This document shows positions 16,484 through 21,568 of a stretch of DNA of 21,568 nt, in pieces (position 1 is the stretch's first letter; the number at the start of each line of letters is the position of its first letter). The notes below the pieces were generated by a model. The model was not told where the DNA came from. It did no database searches and was given only the letters and a program-made list of their open reading frames with translations. Position numbers and translations under genes: made by a program. Origin of the DNA: Candidatus Caldarchaeum sp. (GTDB lineage: Archaea > Thermoproteota > Nitrososphaeria_A > Caldarchaeales > Caldarchaeaceae); NCBI GenBank assembly GCA_038831915.1, contig JAWBKB010000024.1:1-21568 (forward strand). Reading direction: 5' to 3'.

Positions 16484-16957
16484 ATGGCGAGAAAATTCGA
16501 ACTGGCGACAGGTAACTTGTTGATGGGAAGGTTTCTATGGCTTTTGTTGGACGTGCCAGAAGGATGGACCGTAAAAGTCGGCGACATTCCATCGGATGTC
16601 TACTACACAACGATAGTCGAAGGCAACGGATGGATAACAGACGGCTCGACAAGCTATTTCCTAGTAAATCTGGTGAACGGGGAAGTATACGACCTCGAGC
16701 TCAAAGTCAAAAAAGGCGTTAAGGAGCTGGGCAGGTTGATGACGTCGGGCGGAGAAAAGACAGTGGTTAACGGACACATAGCCTCGGTTGTTCACCGCGA
16801 GGTCAAAAAAGGGTTCCGCCGAACACCGATGAAACAAATGGCCATCACCGTTCCTTGCGACAGAACAATGCGGACCATCGAGCTGACAGTTACAGGGAAA
16901 AATTCCGACGGGCTCGACCAGATTAAACAAAGCTTAGCAAACTCGCGATGCCATTAA
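16484..16957 (+). CDS. Hypothetical protein
   Basis: 157 aa ORF starting immediately after the previous stop (TAAATG) with a GGTGA SD. It has C-terminal VPCDRT and CH. Confidence 0.75.
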   Translation: MARKFELATGNLLMGRFLWLLLDVPEGWTVKVGDIPSDVYYTTIVEGNGWITDGSTSYFLVNLVNGEVYDLELKVKKGVKELGRLMTSGGEKTVVNGHIASVVHREVKKGFRRTPMKQMAITVPCDRTMRTIELTVTGKNSDGLDQIKQSLANSRCH

Positions 16958-17023
16958 GCCCCCGCATTTTGCTTCGCGAGACCATCACTCTTCCAAACCT
17001 CCGTAATCGTAGAGTAAAATCAA

Positions 17024-17127
17024 CGGGCCCGATGGGACTTGAACCCACGACCTCCGGCTCCGAAGGCCGGCGTTCCAAAGACATCTCGTATGGAATGTCT
17101 TCTCTGTCCAAGCTAAGCTACGGGCCC
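17024..17127 (-). tRNA. tRNA-Arg (anticodon UCG) with a 29-nt non-canonical intron at position 24/25; CCA not encoded
   Basis: The spliced sequence GGGCCCG TA GCTT AGCTTGGACA GAG|C G CCGGC CT TCG GA GCCGG AGGTC GTGGG TTCAAGT CCCAT CGGGCCC G folds into a 75-nt cloverleaf. Anticodon at 17061-17063. Confidence 0.95.
17073..17101 (-). other. tRNA intron with a relaxed bulge-helix-bulge (HBh') motif
   Basis: Intron AAGACATTCCATACGAGATGTCTTTGGAA. Helix AGACAT/ATGTCT, bulges AG|A and AA|C, central helix ACAG/TTGG (3 of 4 pairs). Confidence 0.85.
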
Positions 17128-17148
17128 TTAATATATGCGGTTCTTCCA

Positions 17149-17156
17149 TTTATAAA
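17149..17156 (-). promoter_or_regulatory. TATA box of tRNA-Arg
   Basis: TTTATAAA 21 nt upstream of the tRNA 5' end. Confidence 0.7.
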
Positions 17157-17311
17157 TATCTACAACCAGCGTCAATAAGCAGTAACAACATATTTCTGAC
17201 CATAACCATCAACAGCAACCAAAAAGCGAAGCCTGAAATCAAGTGATTTTGCATTTCGACTCAAAAAATCGCGACATCAAAGCATGTCAATGAAAAAATT
17301 TTGCTAAGCTA

Positions 17312-18613
17312 TTATCGATGTAAGCGTTGATTCGCCAATACTTCCCTGTCTGGATTCAAAAATGCAGCGAAACTGTTTTCTTTACCTTGCACAATGTCAG
17401 CCACGACCTTAGCGGTCGACGCCGCCATAGTAAGACCGAGCCTGCAATGACCGGCCGCGACTAAGAGGTTGTCGTATTTGGTCCTACCTACGTATGGCAG
17501 CCCATCAGGGGTGCATGGCCTTGCTCCCAACCATTTCTCTACTATCTTTAACTTGCCGAACACGGGAATATACTGGGCAGCCTTTCGAGAAAGCACATCG
17601 AACCTCTTTTGAATTGCTTGGTTTATTTCATGTCTTAGCTCAAAAAACCCTGTGGCACGCAGTTTTCCTTCTGATGTCTGTGACATCGCGACCCTAAATT
17701 CCCCTCCCGCGGTAGGCCAGCGCATTTTCTCTGCAACGGGTTCTGTCATGACCATGTAGCCGTAAGCGGGCATGATGGGGAGCACTATTCCAAGCTGAGA
17801 CAAGAGCTGTCTCGTGTTAATGCCGGCGCAGACCACGTAAGTTGATGCAGTTAACATGGATTGGTCTGACAGCTTGACTGAAGAAACAATGTGACCATCT
17901 TTGTGAATTTTCTCCACCTCTTTGTCGACGATACTTATTCCCATCAAATTAGTGAGAGCTTCGCGGAGGGATAAAACAAGTTTTGCAGGGTCAAGCGAAA
18001 GGTCCTCTTTGAAAAGAATTCCGCCGGCGATGTTCTCGGATAGCAAAGGATTGTTTTCCAAACATTCTTTTTTGTCGAGATGTATGAAATCTATTCCAAG
18101 CTGAGTGATGTTCTGGAGGAGGTTGAGATGTTCCGTTAATTTTTGGTTGCTGAGGTAAACTTCGAGAATTCCACCGTGCTTTAAATTGGCTGAAACTCTT
18201 AGCTCTTCCATAACCTTCTTCATTGTCTCAACCCCATCAACACACATCTGCCTCACTAGCGAAGCATGACCCAGGGTTGATAATTGCCGTGATTTCCGCA
18301 AATATTTTGACAACCAACCTTTGGGCGTTATTTCTTTCAAAAAGAATTTTGTTGAGATTTTGATGGGTGAGTCAAAAGTAATCATCCATTTGATAATTTG
18401 GGATATGCTTTCTGCTGATGGAATGGGTGAGCCGAAGCCAGCGGCTAGATATCCAGCGTTTCCCCAAGAGGCGGATTTTGTTACATCCTTCCCTGCGATA
18501 ACGGTAACATGCAGCCCCTGGTGCCGTAACATATACGCAGTAAGCAACCCAACAATTCCGCCTCCTATCACTAATGCGTCTTGTCTGTGTCCGTCGGTCA
18601 TAAATTGTAACAC
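17312..18613 (-). CDS. FAD-dependent D-amino acid dehydrogenase/oxidase (DadA-like)
   Basis: VIGGGIVG, ASWGNAG, WLGARPCTPDGLPYVG and GHCRLGLTMA. Start is GTG 18613 or ATG 18601. Confidence 0.88.
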   Translation of the reverse strand: MLQFMTDGHRQDALVIGGGIVGLLTAYMLRHQGLHVTVIAGKDVTKSASWGNAGYLAAGFGSPIPSAESISQIIKWMITFDSPIKISTKFFLKEITPKGWLSKYLRKSRQLSTLGHASLVRQMCVDGVETMKKVMEELRVSANLKHGGILEVYLSNQKLTEHLNLLQNITQLGIDFIHLDKKECLENNPLLSENIAGGILFKEDLSLDPAKLVLSLREALTNLMGISIVDKEVEKIHKDGHIVSSVKLSDQSMLTASTYVVCAGINTRQLLSQLGIVLPIMPAYGYMVMTEPVAEKMRWPTAGGEFRVAMSQTSEGKLRATGFFELRHEINQAIQKRFDVLSRKAAQYIPVFGKLKIVEKWLGARPCTPDGLPYVGRTKYDNLLVAAGHCRLGLTMAASTAKVVADIVQGKENSFAAFLNPDREVLANQRLHR

Positions 18614-18623
18614 CCCCTTCTTT

Positions 18624-19073
18624 CTAACGACGTCTAACTATCCATTTCTCCCTTACATGATTTTCGTTCTTGTCGAAAAACAAGTCATAAATTTCCGCGT
18701 CGTAGCCGAGCTCCTCCAAGGCTGCAAACATTGTGTTAGTCATGATGTGTGAAGGCGATTTTCCTTCGTCAACCAATCTTATCGATGAGTCCAAAACCGA
18801 CACGTCATACATGTCCACTACCAGTTCGTTGTCGCCCGTCTTCGTCACAGTGATTTTACCCATGTACCCAGACTTTTCTAAATAGTCGACTATGTTCTCA
18901 AGAGTCTTTATCGGGTCAGGGTCCTGATTCACCATTCCCCTTTTCCTCAACTCGCTGTAGTGTAACTTTCCCATCGTTCTGAAGAGCTTGGCGGCCTCCT
19001 CTTTACCTAAATACTTGTTGACGGCATCGCATATGCAATAGTTTAGTATGTCGAAGAATTTCGCGTCAACCAC
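18624..19073 (-). CDS. Hypothetical protein (possible V4R/H-NOX-like small-molecule-binding fold)
   Basis: 149 aa. The helical N-terminus with YLG...LFRTMG followed by beta-strands is reminiscent of V4R-like domains, but the fold guess is weak. It is co-oriented 10 nt upstream of the DadA-like gene. Confidence 0.7.
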   Translation of the reverse strand: MVDAKFFDILNYCICDAVNKYLGKEEAAKLFRTMGKLHYSELRKRGMVNQDPDPIKTLENIVDYLEKSGYMGKITVTKTGDNELVVDMYDVSVLDSSIRLVDEGKSPSHIMTNTMFAALEELGYDAEIYDLFFDKNENHVREKWIVRRR

Positions 19074-19145
19074 GAATACCTTTTAGGAGAATGGGATTTA
19101 AGCCTTTTTACTCAGAACACTGACTCTGACCAGTAGGCGGATTTG

Positions 19146-19168
19146 TTTTGCCCCTGATAAGGGCAAAA
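19146..19168. promoter_or_regulatory. Inverted repeat, candidate transcription-factor operator in a divergent promoter region
   Basis: TTTTGCCC-N7-GGGCAAAA immediately upstream of TTTTTAAT (TATA-like) in front of livG. Confidence 0.45.
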
Positions 19169-19219
19169 ATTTTTTAATGTTTATTATAGGGTCTGACCGC
19201 GACTAAACAACGTTAAAGC

Positions 19220-19942
19220 ATGGAAGAGGTCATCCTTTCGCTGAAAATGTTGGAGAAAAAGTTCGGCGGTGTAGAAGCTCTCAGAGGTGTTGAGATGGAT
19301 GTCATGAAAGGAGAGATTGTCGGCTTAATCGGTCCGAATGGTGCCGGCAAAACGGTTCTCTTGAACATTATCTCAGGAATATATCCTCCCGACAAGGGTC
19401 AGGTTCTAATCAAAAGTAGAGATGTGACGCTATTTCCGTCATATTTAATCGCTAGGCTCGGTGTAGCGCGAACCTTTCAAGTCCCAAAAGTTTTCCCAGA
19501 GATGACAGTTTTGGAGAACGTGCTAGTGCCTATCTATGCGATGAGCAAGGAGCTTCGTGGAGGAGAAGGGAAGAGACAGGCGATGAAGGCTCTAGAGTTT
19601 GTTGGACTAGACCAAATGTCAAACCTAAAAGGAAAGAACCTCAGCGGTGGACAGAAAAAACTTTTGGAGTTTGCAAGAGGAATTGCCATGAAAGCAGACT
19701 TGTATTTGATGGATGAACCCTTCGCCGGAGTGAACCCAGTCATCATAAAGAGAATGATGGAGGCCATTACGGAGATTGCTAAAAATGGCTCTACGGCGGT
19801 TATCGTTAGCCATGAAGTGGGAATAATTTCTAAGCTATGTTCTCATGTTGCAGTTCTTGACAGAGGTGTGAAAATCGCGGAGGGGCCGCTCAAGGAACTA
19901 GCGCTGTTGGCCGAAGTTAAGAGGGCTTACCTTGGCGGATGA
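19220..19942 (+). CDS. livG: Branched-chain amino acid ABC transporter ATP-binding protein (LivG-type)
   Basis: KKFGG, GLIGPNGAGKT, ARTFQ, LSGGQKK, DEPFAG and AYLG. Confidence 0.92.
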   Translation: MEEVILSLKMLEKKFGGVEALRGVEMDVMKGEIVGLIGPNGAGKTVLLNIISGIYPPDKGQVLIKSRDVTLFPSYLIARLGVARTFQVPKVFPEMTVLENVLVPIYAMSKELRGGEGKRQAMKALEFVGLDQMSNLKGKNLSGGQKKLLEFARGIAMKADLYLMDEPFAGVNPVIIKRMMEAITEIAKNGSTAVIVSHEVGIISKLCSHVAVLDRGVKIAEGPLKELALLAEVKRAYLGG

Positions 19943-20672
19943 CTACATCCTCAAGGTAGAGGATTTATGGGCAGGGTATGAGGAAGACATAGCTGTAGTA
20001 AAAAAAATTACCATGGTTCTACAAAAAGGGTTGTTAACAGCAGTGGTAGGAGCAAACGGCGCAGGAAAAAGCACACTACTTAAAACAATCTACGGTTTTT
20101 TGAAACCATTTTCGGGGAAAATATTGTATAATGGAGCTGAAGTGACCGGCTGGTCGTCTCATGAAGCCAAGAAAGCAGGAGTAGCCTACATTCCTCAAGA
20201 CCTAAGCCATTTTCCTGACATGACTGTAGAGGAAAACCTTCGGCTGGGATGGTGGATATGGAGAGGGAAAAGAGGGTTATCTGAACAGCTCGAATGGGTT
20301 TACGAGTTGTTTCCAAATCTTCTCAAAAAAAGAAACATGAAAGCATCTTTTCTCAGCGGCGGTGAAGTCAAAATGTTAGACATTGCTCGCGGCATTCTAG
20401 TGAAACCCCAGCTTCTTCTAGTGGATGAGCCGAGTGTCGGTCTATCACCAAAGCTTGCCGAGGAAGTTTATAGAGTTCTGCAGAGGCTTAGGGGCGAAGG
20501 CATAACTGTCCTACTTGTAGACCAGAACGTCAAAAGAGCTATCGAGATATGTGACTATGCATACGTGATGGACACCGGAGAAATAATAAGCCACGGCTCT
20601 TCGGATGTTATCCGACACCAAATCGAGCAGATAATCGAAGCCTCTCTGATGGGTGATTTGATTAAGTTTTAA
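19932..20672 (+). CDS. livF: Branched-chain amino acid ABC transporter ATP-binding protein (LivF-type)
   Basis: GANGAGKSTLL, ELFPNL, LSGGE, DEPSVGLSP and LLVDQN. Confidence 0.92.
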   Translation: MADDYILKVEDLWAGYEEDIAVVKKITMVLQKGLLTAVVGANGAGKSTLLKTIYGFLKPFSGKILYNGAEVTGWSSHEAKKAGVAYIPQDLSHFPDMTVEENLRLGWWIWRGKRGLSEQLEWVYELFPNLLKKRNMKASFLSGGEVKMLDIARGILVKPQLLLVDEPSVGLSPKLAEEVYRVLQRLRGEGITVLLVDQNVKRAIEICDYAYVMDTGEIISHGSSDVIRHQIEQIIEASLMGDLIKF

Positions 20673-20678
20673 ATTAAT

Positions 20679-21386
20679 CTATGACACCGAGTTTTCCGCA
20701 AGACGCACCAATGCCAAGTAATCATACACTGGTAGTCCTGTGATGCTCTTAACCTCTTCCCTAAACGGCGCTAGATTAGTGCATTCGCATACAACCGACC
20801 CGATTTCAGGATGGTCAGAGATTAGCTCTTCGGCAGCAGCCCGTATGTCCCTCCTCATGTTCTCTAGATTCATGTCTGGCGAATCCTGAAGGATGACCCT
20901 TCTAAATTCAGGTTTTCCCTCAAGCCCTTTAACGTAGAGTGGAATTGTATCGGAGACATTAGCTGCTTCAAAATGTCTTCGAGTAAGTGCTTGAGAATTT
21001 GCTGTTAATATGCCTACAGGCTTTCCTGTAGCCATGAAAGCCAGAGGAATAAGCAGTAGCGTGGATGTGTAGACGGGCACTTTCACCGATGTCGCCAAGT
21101 CTTTCTGTAAAAGGGCGAGGAAGCCGCATGATGTGGTGATTGCAGAAACTCCGTATGCTTCAAGCTCCTTAGCAGCTCTTACAAGCGAGCGAACGACATC
21201 CTCATCTATTGATTTCTTAACAATCTCCGATACGGTTGCCTTTTCCACAACCTTAAATATGACAGGGCAATCATAGGTGGCAGCATTTCCAGGGTCTCCG
21301 ACTATCCTCGGAAACCTCGTGTTTAGCAGCAGCACACCCAATTTGTATCCGTAGAATGGTCGGCCTCCAACCACCAAATTTTCCAT
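20679..21386 (-). CDS. Aspartate/glutamate/hydantoin racemase family protein
   Basis: FPRIVGDPGN, with both catalytic-type Cys motifs (AITTSCGF, ECTNL) and GLPVYD. ATG 21386 lies ~26 nt downstream of TTTTATAT (21412-21419), implying a leaderless start. Confidence 0.88.
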   Translation of the reverse strand: MENLVVGGRPFYGYKLGVLLLNTRFPRIVGDPGNAATYDCPVIFKVVEKATVSEIVKKSIDEDVVRSLVRAAKELEAYGVSAITTSCGFLALLQKDLATSVKVPVYTSTLLLIPLAFMATGKPVGILTANSQALTRRHFEAANVSDTIPLYVKGLEGKPEFRRVILQDSPDMNLENMRRDIRAAAEELISDHPEIGSVVCECTNLAPFREEVKSITGLPVYDYLALVRLAENSVS

Positions 21387-21433
21387 CGACGACAAGGCAT
21401 TGGTCAAACAAATATAAAATTTTTTGGGTGTTT

Positions 21434-21568
21434 GGGACTGTCAGCTTAAGGTCATCCATGACCTTATCCACTTTTCTGATACCTTAGGACTGTATGTTGG
21501 GAAGCATGTGTTGAACTGTTTTATTCTTCTCTTGAGCTTGCTGAACCAAGACTCTATCGTGTTTCTCT
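21434..21568 (-). mobile_element. IS6-family insertion sequence, right end (truncated by window)
   Basis: Terminal GGGACTGTCAG at 21434 resembles IS6-family ends (GGCACTGT...). The transposase stop codon lies inside this repeat. Confidence 0.75.
21441..21566 (-). CDS. IS6-family DDE transposase, C-terminal fragment (partial)
   Basis: Manual translation RNTIESWFSKLKRRIKQFNTCFPTYSPKVSEKWIRSWMTLS* contains the N-x-I-E-x(6)-K-R-R signature around the final DDE glutamate. Not in the ORF track. Confidence 0.8.
   Translation of the reverse strand, partial: RNTIESWFSKLKRRIKQFNTCFPTYSPKVSEKWIRSWMTLS

Noticed and set aside
16923-17178. ORFs spanning the tRNA locus
   Set aside because: The sequence is explained by the tRNA, its intron and its promoter.
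17160-17311. Intergenic region as a possible sRNA or MITE
   Set aside because: Only a weak GACAT/ATGTC inverted repeat and CTGA motifs without a C box; there is not enough support.
21271-21471. 66-aa minus-strand ORF
   Set aside because: It crosses the IS end, the promoter and the racemase gene out of frame. The real coding frame in this area is the transposase tail.
1-21568. CRISPR array or defence system
   Set aside because: No regularly spaced repeats and no cas, nuclease or toxin-like genes were seen.

Overview
Archaeal chromosomal window. TATA/BRE promoters, leaderless genes, a BHB-type tRNA intron and the 23S rRNA sequence suggest a thermophilic TACK archaeon, plausibly Aigarchaeota/Caldarchaeum-like (inference). 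In order: the 5' ~1.1 kb of a stand-alone 23S rRNA gene (- strand, own promoter, no 16S upstream); a CPxCG zinc-ribbon protein, geranylgeranyl reductase, acylphosphatase and an orphan 2-oxoacid dehydrogenase E1-alpha; a minus-strand acyl-CoA catabolic cluster (acetoacetate-CoA ligase, IVD/LCAD-type acyl-CoA dehydrogenase, two Cys-less thiolase-fold proteins resembling Ltp4/Ltp3, two DUF35 OB-fold proteins); an 8-gene CstA locus with three paralog pairs (two small hydrophobic proteins, two ArsA/Get3-family ATPases of which one has a natural catalytic Asp-to-Asn change, two thioredoxin-like proteins); tRNA-Arg(UCG) with a non-canonical D-arm intron; a D-amino-acid-type cluster (DadA-like oxidoreductase, LivG/LivF, Asp/Glu racemase-family protein); and the right end of an IS6-family element missed by the ORF track. 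The best candidates for undescribed systems are the CstA/heterodimeric-ATPase locus and the Ltp3/Ltp4-like retro-aldolase pathway. All family assignments are from motif recognition by eye; no searches were run.
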